Assembly (NCBI GenBank): GCA_900768015.1
Contig: CAAGBI010000070.1
Location: forward strand, 3,819-67,818
Direction of reading: 5' to 3'
Origin: an uncultured Alistipes sp.
GTDB lineage: Bacteria > Bacteroidota > Bacteroidia > Bacteroidales > Rikenellaceae
DNA length: 64,000 bases
The position numbers were made by a program, and so were the translations under genes. The notes beneath the pieces were generated by a model that was not told the origin of the DNA, did no database searches, and was given only the letters and a program-made list of their open reading frames with translations. This document shows, in pieces, positions 17,910 to 26,546 of this stretch. The first letter of the stretch is position 1. The number at the start of each line of letters is the position of its first letter.

Positions 17910-19247
17910 ATGAAGATAGTAATTGCCGGTGCAGGTGATATGGGTACACACCTTGCAAAGATGCTCAGTGGTAATGGTCACGACATCACCGTTGCGGATG
18001 TAGACCCCAAGGCGTTGGCCGAGTTGGGTAGCCTCGTGGATGTGGAGACCACGGAGGGTGATACAACGCAATTCTCGGTGTTGCGTAAGGCGGGCGTGAG
18101 AAAGTGTGACCTCTTTATCGCAGTGCGCTCCGTGGAGAACGATAACATTCTCTCTGCGGTTATGGCAAAGCAACTCGGCGCCCGTAAGGCTATTGCGCGT
18201 GTCGACAGCAACGAGTATCTCGAGCCAAACAGCAAGGAGGTATTTATCGACATGGGCATCGATTATCTCTTCTATCCCGAGCAGATTGCAGCGCGCGAGG
18301 TTATCAACCTCCTTGGTCACACCTCGACAACCGAGTATATGGACTTTGCTGCGGGTAAGCTATCGTTGGTGGCATTTAAGCTCGAACTCACCTCTCCACT
18401 TCTTGGTCGTAAGGTTATCGAGGAGGGTGCGGATGAGGATTTGGAGTATCGTGCCGTGGCCATAGTGCGTGGCTCGCGTACCATCATCCCTGGCCCCGAG
18501 GAGCGTTACGAGGAGGAGGATATGGTCTACATTATTGCGCGTCATCATGCTACGCAGAGCGTGGTTGAACTCTCGGGAAATAGTCAGGTGGACATTCGCA
18601 ATATGATGATTCTTGGCGGCTCGCGCATCGGTGTTCGTATCGCTAACGAGTTGCAGAACAAGATAAATGTAAAGCTCGTTGACTATAATGCGGACAAGGC
18701 CTATCGCTTGGCGGAGATGCTCGATAAGACGCTTATTATCAACGAAGATGGTCGTGATACGGAGGCGATGATTGAGGAGGATATTGCGGGTATGGATGCC
18801 TTTGTGGCCGTTACGGGTCGTAGTGAAACGAATATCCTTGCCGCGATGCTCGCAAAGCGCATGGGCGTAAAGAAGGTTATCGCCGAGGTTGAGAATATCA
18901 ACTACATCTCGCTTGCCGAGAGTATCGGTGTCGACACCATCATCAACAAGAAGCTCGTTACGGCATCTAACATCTTCCGCTTCACAATGACTACGGATGT
19001 GCAGGCTATTAAGTGCCTCACAGGTAGTCAGGCCGAGGTGTTGGAGTTTATCGTTAAGCCCAACTCGCCCGCTACGAAGCACCCCATCGAGGAGCTCGGT
19101 TTGCCTGATGACACGATGGTAGGTGGTGTGGTGCGTGGCGATAGGGTGTTCATCGCCGTGGGCTCAACACAGATTAATGCCTTTGATAGAGTGGTAGTGT
19201 TTGCTATGCCCGATTCTATCATGCGCGTTGCCGAATTCTTCAACTAA
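17910..19247 (+). CDS. trkA: Trk system potassium uptake protein TrkA
   Basis: Two RCK_N domains (IAGAGDMG; ILGGSRIG) each followed by RCK_C; 445 aa. Confidence 0.95.
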   Translation: MKIVIAGAGDMGTHLAKMLSGNGHDITVADVDPKALAELGSLVDVETTEGDTTQFSVLRKAGVRKCDLFIAVRSVENDNILSAVMAKQLGARKAIARVDSNEYLEPNSKEVFIDMGIDYLFYPEQIAAREVINLLGHTSTTEYMDFAAGKLSLVAFKLELTSPLLGRKVIEEGADEDLEYRAVAIVRGSRTIIPGPEERYEEEDMVYIIARHHATQSVVELSGNSQVDIRNMMILGGSRIGVRIANELQNKINVKLVDYNADKAYRLAEMLDKTLIINEDGRDTEAMIEEDIAGMDAFVAVTGRSETNILAAMLAKRMGVKKVIAEVENINYISLAESIGVDTIINKKLVTASNIFRFTMTTDVQAIKCLTGSQAEVLEFIVKPNSPATKHPIEELGLPDDTMVGGVVRGDRVFIAVGSTQINAFDRVVVFAMPDSIMRVAEFFN

Positions 19248-19287
19248 AGTAAGTCAATAAATAAAACAATATAAAACACTAACCAAT

Positions 19288-19908
19288 ATGTATATAGCGA
19301 TTGCAGGAAATATCGGTAGCGGCAAGACTACGCTCACCGAGATTCTTACAAAGCGTTATGGCGCAAAGGCCTATTATGAGGATTTGGCCAACCCTTACAT
19401 CAGCGACTTCTACGACGATATGGGTCGCTGGTCGTTCCACCTTCAGTTGTGGTTTCTCGGTAGCCGCATCCAGCAGACGCTGACGATGCTTGCCGATGAG
19501 GCGGATAATGTTGTGCAGGACCGCACGATATATGAGGATGCTCATATCTTTGCCGACAATCTCCACTCAATGGGCCTTATGGCGAGCCGCGACTTCGATA
19601 CCTACATGAAGATGTTTAACATCGAGCAGACGCTTCTCCCAAAGCCCGATGTCCTTATCTATCTCAAGGCCAGCGTGCCTACGCTTATCGCGCAGATTAA
19701 GATGCGAGGCAGAGACTATGAGCAGAACATTGACGAGGAGTATCTCAGTCGCTTGAACGAGAAGTATAACAACTGGATTGAGAATATCTACGAGGGTCGT
19801 GTGTTGGTTATCGACAAGGATGTCGATGACTTCGTTGCCGACCCCTCGATTATCGACCGCATCTGTGCTTCGGTCGAGGAGATGTGTACAGGAAAACGCC
19901 AGCTTTAA
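19288..19908 (+). CDS. Deoxynucleoside kinase
   Basis: IAIAGNIGSGKTT, DRTIYED, PDVLIYL, RGRDYE lid. Confidence 0.93.
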   Translation: MYIAIAGNIGSGKTTLTEILTKRYGAKAYYEDLANPYISDFYDDMGRWSFHLQLWFLGSRIQQTLTMLADEADNVVQDRTIYEDAHIFADNLHSMGLMASRDFDTYMKMFNIEQTLLPKPDVLIYLKASVPTLIAQIKMRGRDYEQNIDEEYLSRLNEKYNNWIENIYEGRVLVIDKDVDDFVADPSIIDRICASVEEMCTGKRQL

Positions 19909-19911
19909 GAT

Positions 19912-21273
19912 ATGCGTACGCCACTACCCGAACGATTTGTGGAGACCATGCGTGAGACGCTTGGTGCAGATGCCGAGAAGCTCTTTGCGGCTCTCGACAC
20001 CGAGCCTGCTGTCTCTATTCGTCTAAATCCCGCCAAGCCCGCCGAGTGCTTCGATGGCGAGGCTGTGGGTTGGTGCAAGTGGGGTAAATATCTCGCTGAG
20101 CGCCCGCAGTTTACGCTCGATCCATTGTTGCATGGTGGCGCATACTATGTGCAGGAGGCATCGTCGCAGTTCGTAGCACATCTGCTCGCTAACCACGACA
20201 TGGAGGGTAAGCGCGTGCTCGATATGTGTGCTGCGCCTGGCGGAAAGACCACGATATACTCTACGCTTGTGGGGCGTAAGGGCTTGGTTGTGGCAAATGA
20301 CATTAGCCACAGTCGCGCTATGGCTCTTGCCGACAATGTGCAGCGCTGGGGTATGGGTAATGTTGTTGTGACATGCAATGAATCCGCGCATATTGGCGCA
20401 TTTACACACTGGTTCGATGTGGTAGCGGTTGATGCTCCATGTTCGGGTGAGGGTATGTTCCGCAAGATGGATGAGGCTCGCTCGGAGTGGACTGCGTCAT
20501 CGCCCGATGTGTGTGCCGAGCGTCAGCGCGAGATTCTTGCCGAGGCGTGGCGTGTCTTGCGCCCAGGAGGCACGCTGATATATAGCACATGTACCTTTAA
20601 CCCCACTGAGGATGAGGGAGTTGTTGAGTGGCTTATGTCGGAGTATGGCGAGGAACTGGAGTCGGCAGATAGGGTAGAGACCTCGGAGGATTGGGGTGTT
20701 GTGCGTAGTGATATTGGCGCATTTCAGTGCTTCCACTTCTATCCACACAAGGCGCGTGGCGAGGGCTTCTTTGCTGCCATAGCGCGCAAGTGTGATGGTG
20801 CGATTAGACGCAGTATGCCTAAGGCGCGCCGTAAGCTCTTTAGTCAGTGTGCAAAGGCCGATGTGAAGGAGTTGTCGCGCTGGGTGGATGATGCCTCGGA
20901 GCATTCGTTTATGATGGTGGGCGAGGATATTTATGCCTATAATAGCGCAGTTGCCGATGCGGTGGTTACGCTATCGGAAAACCTCTCTGTGGTCTATTCG
21001 GGTGTTGCCATGGGGCGCATCTTCAAGCAGAAGCTTAAACCCGAGCACCCATTGGCATTGTATGTCGGACTAAACAGGAATGCAGTGCCTGTGGTTGATG
21101 TGTCGTTGGAGGATGCTCTCGACTATTTGCGTCGTAACGATATTGCTGCAGCGCAGTTCGAGGAGGGTATAAATGTAGTGGGGTATAAGGGTGTGCCGAT
21201 TGGCTTTGTTAAGCGCATTGGCGCGCGATGCAACAATATGTATCCCAAGGATTTGAGAATAGTAAAATTATAA
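19912..21273 (+). CDS. RsmF/NOL1/NOP2/Sun family RNA m5C methyltransferase
   Basis: YYVQEASS, LDMCAAPGGKT, VDAPCSGEGMFRK, YSTCT, GEGFF. Confidence 0.93.
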   Translation: MRTPLPERFVETMRETLGADAEKLFAALDTEPAVSIRLNPAKPAECFDGEAVGWCKWGKYLAERPQFTLDPLLHGGAYYVQEASSQFVAHLLANHDMEGKRVLDMCAAPGGKTTIYSTLVGRKGLVVANDISHSRAMALADNVQRWGMGNVVVTCNESAHIGAFTHWFDVVAVDAPCSGEGMFRKMDEARSEWTASSPDVCAERQREILAEAWRVLRPGGTLIYSTCTFNPTEDEGVVEWLMSEYGEELESADRVETSEDWGVVRSDIGAFQCFHFYPHKARGEGFFAAIARKCDGAIRRSMPKARRKLFSQCAKADVKELSRWVDDASEHSFMMVGEDIYAYNSAVADAVVTLSENLSVVYSGVAMGRIFKQKLKPEHPLALYVGLNRNAVPVVDVSLEDALDYLRRNDIAAAQFEEGINVVGYKGVPIGFVKRIGARCNNMYPKDLRIVKL

Positions 21274-21283
21274 TATAGGAGAT

Positions 21284-21910
21284 ATGGCAAAGTTGTTATA
21301 TTCTATGGGTGAGGTTACAGAGATGTTCGATGTTAACGCATCGCTTATCCGCTATTGGGAGTCGAAGTTCGACTGCATCAAACCTCATAAAAACAAGAAG
21401 GGTAACCGTATGTTTACCCCCTCGGATATCGAGAATTTCAAGCTTATCTACCACCTCGTCAAGGAGAAGGGTATGACGCTTGAGGGTGCCAATAGTGCCA
21501 TGAAGCGTCGCAATAAGAGTGTTAAGCGCGATGTCTCAATCTTGGAGCGTTTGCAGAATATTCGTGCTATGCTTGTGGAGGTGCGCGAGTCATTGGGTGA
21601 CAATAGTCCCATCGAGTATGAGGCACCAATCGAGGCGGTTGCAGAGCTCATTTCGGATGTTGAAGAGGAGACAAAGGCTGCGGTTGTTGCCGCGGTGACT
21701 ACTCCCGAGCCCGAAGTGGAGGGGACACCCGCAGAGGAGCCTGTTGCTGAGCCCGCGCCCCGCCGTCGTGGTCGCCCACGCAAGGAGCCCGAGGTTGTGA
21801 ATGAGGATGCGCAGACAGAGCAGCCCGCAGTGACACGCCGTCGTGGTCGCGCGAAGAAGAATGAGGAGGCTAAGGAGTTGTTCCCATTCTATGAGCAGTC
21901 ACTATTTTAG
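21284..21910 (+). CDS. MerR-family HTH protein with long acidic/AT-hook C-terminal extension
   Basis: YSMGEV.EMFDVNASLIRYWE..F..IKP.KNKKGNR.F; YHLVKEKGMTLEGA. Confidence 0.88.
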   Translation: MAKLLYSMGEVTEMFDVNASLIRYWESKFDCIKPHKNKKGNRMFTPSDIENFKLIYHLVKEKGMTLEGANSAMKRRNKSVKRDVSILERLQNIRAMLVEVRESLGDNSPIEYEAPIEAVAELISDVEEETKAAVVAAVTTPEPEVEGTPAEEPVAEPAPRRRGRPRKEPEVVNEDAQTEQPAVTRRRGRAKKNEEAKELFPFYEQSLF

Positions 21911-21923
21911 TCGCTAACGGAGT

Positions 21924-22715
21924 ATGAAAATCAGGGATATAGTCTCAGTTATTGAGGAGTTTGCGCCACTCGCATTGCAGGAGAGTTACGACAACTCGGG
22001 CCTTATCGTAGGCCGCTTGGATGACGAGGTTAAGGGTGTGCTCCTGGCTGTCGATGTAACGGAGGATGTGCTCGACGAGGCGGAGCGTGAGGGTTGCGAC
22101 CTTGTTATTACGCACCACCCCATAATCTTCAGTCCATTGAAGCGCTTTAACTCGGCAACCTATGTTGAGCGCTGCGTGGAGCGCGCCATCCGCAAGGGCA
22201 TTGCGCTATATGCTGCGCACACAAATCTTGACAGCACGCCTCATGGCATGAGCTGGCAACTTGGCTCGATGATAGGTCTCGATGCTATGTCGGTATTGGA
22301 GCCTCGCAGAGATAATGCTGAGACGGGCTTTGGTGTTGTTGGTACATTGTCTCGCGCCGAGGGTGTTGTGGCCTTTATGAACCGCGTTAAGGCAATCTTC
22401 GATGTGGGCGCTGTGCGCTATAGCGATATTCCTTCGGAGGATATGATGGTGCGCCGTGTGGCAATCTGCACAGGCTCGGGTCGCTCGCTTATTGATGCCG
22501 CCATGGCTGCCGAGGCTGATGTGTACATCACCGCAGATTTGCGATATAACGACTTCATGTGTGGCGAAAATCGCATGGTTTTGATGGATATTGGCCATTT
22601 TGAGAGTGAATTTTGCGCAATTCGCATCATATATGATGTATTATCAAAAAAAATGTGTAACTTTGCCGTTCGCAAGAGCGTATGCTCTCGCAACCCGGTT
22701 CACTACTTAGTCTAA
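21924..22715 (+). CDS. Nif3-like dinuclear metal center protein (YbgI)
   Basis: QESYDNSGL, ITHHPIIF, YAAHTNLD, GSG, DIGHFESE. Confidence 0.93.
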   Translation: MKIRDIVSVIEEFAPLALQESYDNSGLIVGRLDDEVKGVLLAVDVTEDVLDEAEREGCDLVITHHPIIFSPLKRFNSATYVERCVERAIRKGIALYAAHTNLDSTPHGMSWQLGSMIGLDAMSVLEPRRDNAETGFGVVGTLSRAEGVVAFMNRVKAIFDVGAVRYSDIPSEDMMVRRVAICTGSGRSLIDAAMAAEADVYITADLRYNDFMCGENRMVLMDIGHFESEFCAIRIIYDVLSKKMCNFAVRKSVCSRNPVHYLV

Positions 22716-22748
22716 CGATACAACCGAAAATAACTAAAATTATATAAT

Positions 22749-23489
22749 ATGGCACAGAAGAAGACAAACGATGTTGACTACTCGATGCAGGAGAAGATTA
22801 TGGCACTCTACGAGTTGCAGAAGATTGACTCACAGATCGACGAGATTAACAAGATAAAGGGTGAATTGCCTCTCGAGGTTCAGGACCTTGAGGATGAGCT
22901 TGCAGGCCTCAATACCCGCGTTGAGAATATCAATGCAGAGATCGAGGAGCTCAACTCGCTCACACGCCAGCGTAAGCGCGAGGTTGACCAGGCTAAGATT
23001 ATGATCGCCAACTACAAGGAGCAGCAGAACAATGTGCGTAACAACCGCGAGTTCGATGCTATCACCAAGGAGATTGAGTACCAGGAGCTTGAGATTGAGC
23101 TCGCTGAGAAGCGCCTCAAGGAGTACTCTACAGGTATCAAGGCTAAGAAGGCTATCATCGAGCAGACAAACGCAACTCTCGAGGAGCGCAACATCGACTA
23201 CAAGGCAAAGAAGGAGGAGCTCGACTCTATCGAGGCAGAGACAGCACAGCAGGTTGCAGACCTCACTGCTAAGGCTGAGAAGGCTAAGGAGCCTATCGAT
23301 GAGCGTTTGCTCGCTGCATACAACCGCATCCGTAAGAATGTACACAACGGCTTGGCTGTAGTAACAGTTACTCGTGATGCTTGTGGTGGTTGCTTCAACC
23401 GTATCCCTCCCCAGCGTCAGGTGGACATCCGTCAGGGTAAGAAGCTTATCGTTTGCGAGTACTGCGGTCGTATCCTCGTTGGCGAGTAA
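22749..23489 (+). CDS. Coiled-coil protein with C4 zinc ribbon (DUF164/CT398 type)
   Basis: Long coiled coil, then ACGGCFNRIPPQRQ...CEYCGRIL; classic partner of nif3. Confidence 0.92.
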   Translation: MAQKKTNDVDYSMQEKIMALYELQKIDSQIDEINKIKGELPLEVQDLEDELAGLNTRVENINAEIEELNSLTRQRKREVDQAKIMIANYKEQQNNVRNNREFDAITKEIEYQELEIELAEKRLKEYSTGIKAKKAIIEQTNATLEERNIDYKAKKEELDSIEAETAQQVADLTAKAEKAKEPIDERLLAAYNRIRKNVHNGLAVVTVTRDACGGCFNRIPPQRQVDIRQGKKLIVCEYCGRILVGE

Positions 23490-23511
23490 TATATACTATA
23501 TAGGTATAGAG

Positions 23512-23543
23512 AAATGGGTCAGATGTATGTCTGACCCATTTTT
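23512..23543 (+). terminator. Terminator of the trkA...zinc-ribbon gene run
   Basis: aaatgggtcaga/tctgacccattt perfect stem plus T tract. Confidence 0.8.
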
Positions 23544-23788
23544 ATTTGCGTGTACAGACACAGTCGGTTTTTGCATTTGTCCAATAAAAAAAAGAGGCCA
23601 ACGCATAATCTTTGCGTGAAAATGAGGAATACTGCGTGATATTCACCAATAGAATGTATAAATGAAAAAGGAATAACCCATGTGGATTATTCCTCTTAAA
23701 ACATTTCACAGTCACTTGATTTTGCAAGTTTGTGTGCCTTCTGGGGGCGTTATATGAATTGTGTCAAGGTTGGTAGATAAATCCGAAT

Positions 23789-25111
23789 TTATCGCAGAAT
23801 TATTCTTTTGAAAAATCCGGCAAGTGACTTTATGAAATTGGTGTTTGCCGTGTGGTCCTTCGGGGTGATATAAGCAATGACATCTGAACAATTTGCTGTT
23901 AGTCCCATCTTTGATGCTTCCGCGAGGAAGGCCTTTGCATATGTATCATCAGGAAAATTCTGCTGGAAATCAATTGTGAATGTGTCTCCGACCGACATCA
24001 TTTGCAGGCTTATTCCCTTTGTGCCGCTGCTGTATACATGGATTGACTCGATGTATTTCTCCGCATCTCCCATATTGGCCCTTCCGGTGTAACTGCATAT
24101 GAATGAGTTTATCGGACGGGAAGTGAAACCGGATACCGTTTCGACCTTCTTCTCGTAACTTCCGAGTGAATCCAGCATATCCGACATCATCTTCATTACG
24201 CTGGCACTGCAACGTGCCGAATCAGGTTCTTTCTGCTTGGCAATCAGTGACCTGAAATGCGTACCTAACTCTGTCATATCCATTTCCTGCTCAGCCGCTC
24301 CGTATGGCAGATAAATCGAGGAAACGCAGTTCCTGAAGGTGTTCGGAAGGCCGATGCTTTCCCTCCAGTCGCAGCTCATGCTGCAAAGGATCTGCTCTGC
24401 AGCATCGGGATTTACAGCCTTGACTCCCTTCTGCATCAGGATAGTCATCAATATAGCAGGAGTGCAATTGTTGGCCTTGCAGACTGTCATCACCTTATTG
24501 ACATCGAAAGTCATCTCATATCTCCAGCTCATTCCGCCTGCATCCTCACCGTTCTGTACTTCCGGTATTGCATATGCACTTCTATCAGCCACATAGACCT
24601 TTGCCTTGTCGAACTCAAGGTTACCGTCATTTACCGGATCTGCAGTCTCTCCAGGGAGCATTCCTTCTCCGACCAGTCTCACATCAGGAATCCTGACATT
24701 ATTATGAGGATACTTGAAGTTCAGATAGTAATAAAGGAGCGTCTTGATAAAGAGCATGATTCCTCTTCCGTCACACATCGCGTGGTGGAAAGATATGAAA
24801 ATGCGGTTCTTATGGAATGTAATGTCAAGCAGATTGTTTGAAGTGGTACTTCCACCCAGCGGACGCAGTTTTCTTACCCGTGCCGGTGGAGGACTGACCA
24901 CATTCTCACACAGATATACACTTCCGTCTATAGTCTTGAAGCGACTCTTGAAATATGGGTATCGCCTGTATGCCAATCTTGCCGCACGCTGTATGCAGCT
25001 GTGATTGACATCGCTTTTCATTCTTATTTCAAATACCTGGCTCTCAGTGCCTTCTTTGCGATATAGAAAGGTCTCACCGGCCCTGATCTTCATTCTGAAT
25101 CTTCTGCTCAT
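23789..25111 (-). CDS. CoA-dependent acyltransferase / condensation-domain-like protein (alcohol acetyltransferase-like)
   Basis: RRYPYF, FHHAMCDGRG (HHxxxDG), DWRES..LP..FRN; codon usage differs from flanks (GAA/GGA/AGG frequent); own TATATTTG promoter at 25133-25140. Confidence 0.7.
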   Translation of the reverse strand: MSRRFRMKIRAGETFLYRKEGTESQVFEIRMKSDVNHSCIQRAARLAYRRYPYFKSRFKTIDGSVYLCENVVSPPPARVRKLRPLGGSTTSNNLLDITFHKNRIFISFHHAMCDGRGIMLFIKTLLYYYLNFKYPHNNVRIPDVRLVGEGMLPGETADPVNDGNLEFDKAKVYVADRSAYAIPEVQNGEDAGGMSWRYEMTFDVNKVMTVCKANNCTPAILMTILMQKGVKAVNPDAAEQILCSMSCDWRESIGLPNTFRNCVSSIYLPYGAAEQEMDMTELGTHFRSLIAKQKEPDSARCSASVMKMMSDMLDSLGSYEKKVETVSGFTSRPINSFICSYTGRANMGDAEKYIESIHVYSSGTKGISLQMMSVGDTFTIDFQQNFPDDTYAKAFLAEASKMGLTANCSDVIAYITPKDHTANTNFIKSLAGFFKRIILR

Positions 25112-25420
25112 AGTCTGAAATATTATTCAATGCAAATATACCTCATTTACTTATAGCTGATTCGGCATAATTTCTATAAAATTGGGCAGTTTTGCCGATT
25201 ATACTGTTTTATATGATAATTCCGACTAATCTGTAGGTGTGAGGTTACGAAATAAATTGGTTAGACAAATCCGAGGGCTTCCCACCACATCGTAGCGGAC
25301 ATCGCCCTCCACAGCACAGAGGCGGCAACCGTCCTATGCCCTCCCCACACAAAGTTTCTTAAGTTTTCTTTCACATTGTGGTGACCAAAAGTGACCATTT
25401 TTGAGGTTTTGGGAAAAAGA

Positions 25421-25462
25421 GAAACCCTGTAAGTGTTGTTTATCAACTACTTACAGGGTTTC
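25421..25462 (-). terminator. Hairpin immediately downstream of tRNA-Leu
   Basis: gaaaccctgtaagt/acttacagggtttc perfect arms, T-rich run beyond on the minus strand. Confidence 0.75.
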
Positions 25463-25466
25463 GTCG

Positions 25467-25552
25467 TACTCGGAACCGGGGTCGAACCGGTACGGGCATT
25501 ACTGCCCACAGGATTTTAAGTCCGGCGTGTCTACCTATTCCACCATCCGAGC
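25467..25552 (-). tRNA. tRNA-Leu(UAA)
   Basis: Minus strand GCTCGGATGGTGGAATAGGTAGACACGCCGGACTTAAAATCCTGTGGGCAGTAATGCCCGTACCGGTTCGACCCCGGTTCCGAGTA; anticodon TAA; long variable arm; promoter TATATTTG at 25578-25585. Confidence 0.95.
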
Positions 25553-25624
25553 AACCTGGTCTTTTGAAAAGATGTCGCAAATATACGACTTTTAACTCAA
25601 TTATCCAAAATTTTTCACTCCTTA

Positions 25625-26038
25625 CTACAAATCATTGCCATAAGTCGCAGATGTAGAAGCCTTTGTGTTGTGTTCCTTTGCCGCTTCGAGAATCTCGAGG
25701 CGCAGGGTTCGCGGTGTTACATTCTTGTTTATTACCAGCATGTAGGAGTTGTAGACCTGCTCATATATGAAACTTTCGGCAAGGTCGCCACGGAGCGATA
25801 TGGCGTTCCAGTGGCGCTTGTTGAAGTGCCATGCCTCGGTTATCTCCTCGTGCTTGTCGCGCAGTTCTATGGCGAGGTCGGGGTCGCACTTTACCACTAC
25901 CTTGCTGTTTGCCTCGAGGTCGGTCACGGCAAACCACTTGCCTCCAACCTTATAGACGAGTGTCGTATCGTCGAAGGGCATGGTCTCCTCCGTATAGGGG
26001 AGACTTAGGCAATAGTTGCGTATCTCTTCGATGCTCAT
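25625..26038 (-). CDS. MmcQ/YjbR family DNA-binding protein
   Basis: YCLSLP..EETMPFDD..LVYKVGGKWFA; VKCDP; WHFNKRHWN. Confidence 0.9.
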   Translation of the reverse strand: MSIEEIRNYCLSLPYTEETMPFDDTTLVYKVGGKWFAVTDLEANSKVVVKCDPDLAIELRDKHEEITEAWHFNKRHWNAISLRGDLAESFIYEQVYNSYMLVINKNVTPRTLRLEILEAAKEHNTKASTSATYGNDL

Positions 26039-26517
26039 TATGCCTTGATAAGTAGTGTTACGGCTGTTGCTGACACACCCTCTTCGCGGCCCTCGAAGCC
26101 GAGGCGCTCGGTGGTTGTTGCCTTTACGGATATGCGGTCAACATCTATGCCTACGACCTCTGAAAGGCGCTCACGCATGGTGTCAATATGTGGGCGAAGC
26201 TTGGGTCGCTGCATGGCGATAGTGCAGTCTATATTACTGATAGCATAGCCTTTATTGTTTATTATGTCAACGACATGTTTAAGTAGTTTGCGCGAGTCTA
26301 TGCCCTTATATTGCGGGTCGCTATCGGGAAATAGCTTGCCGATGTCGCCAAGAGCCAAAGCCCCAAGAAGTGCATCACATATCGCGTGTATAGCTACATC
26401 GCCATCGGAGTGTGCTACACAGCCCTTAGTGTGCTCTACCTCTACGCCACATAGCACCAAACGAAGTCCATCTGCCAAGGCGTGAACATCAAAACCGTGT
26501 CCTATTCTAATATCCAT
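26038..26517 (-). CDS. ispF: 2-C-methyl-D-erythritol 2,4-cyclodiphosphate synthase
   Basis: RIGHGFDVH, HSDGDVAIHAICDALLGA, DIG..FPD, KATTTERLGF.GREEG. Confidence 0.97.
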   Translation of the reverse strand: MDIRIGHGFDVHALADGLRLVLCGVEVEHTKGCVAHSDGDVAIHAICDALLGALALGDIGKLFPDSDPQYKGIDSRKLLKHVVDIINNKGYAISNIDCTIAMQRPKLRPHIDTMRERLSEVVGIDVDRISVKATTTERLGFEGREEGVSATAVTLLIKA

Positions 26518-26546
26518 AATCTACTTTTTAGTTACTTCCAAATCTA

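Larger units (their letters stand above)
23545..25466. mobile_element. Putative small genomic islet / integrative element remnant at the tRNA-Leu 3' end (no integrase)
   Basis: Atypical-codon gene abutting a tRNA 3' end; gtgacca direct repeats at 25381 and 25391; 14-bp perfect hairpin at 25421-25462; left boundary uncertain. Confidence 0.5.

Noticed and set aside
18360..19082. Long antisense ORFs (e.g. 18360-19082, 37215-37841, 39413-40126, 48923-49771)
   Set aside because: These are shadows of strongly biased sense genes with no motifs or independent signals.
22646..22666. A8 run near the end of the nif3 gene
   Set aside because: Better explained as the AT-rich upstream part of an internal TAACTTTG promoter (22659-22666) for the zinc-ribbon gene.
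25260..25266. GTTAGAC integron core-site match near the islet gene
   Set aside because: No matching inverse core at attC distance, wrong placement relative to the gene and no IntI; a 7-mer is expected by chance.
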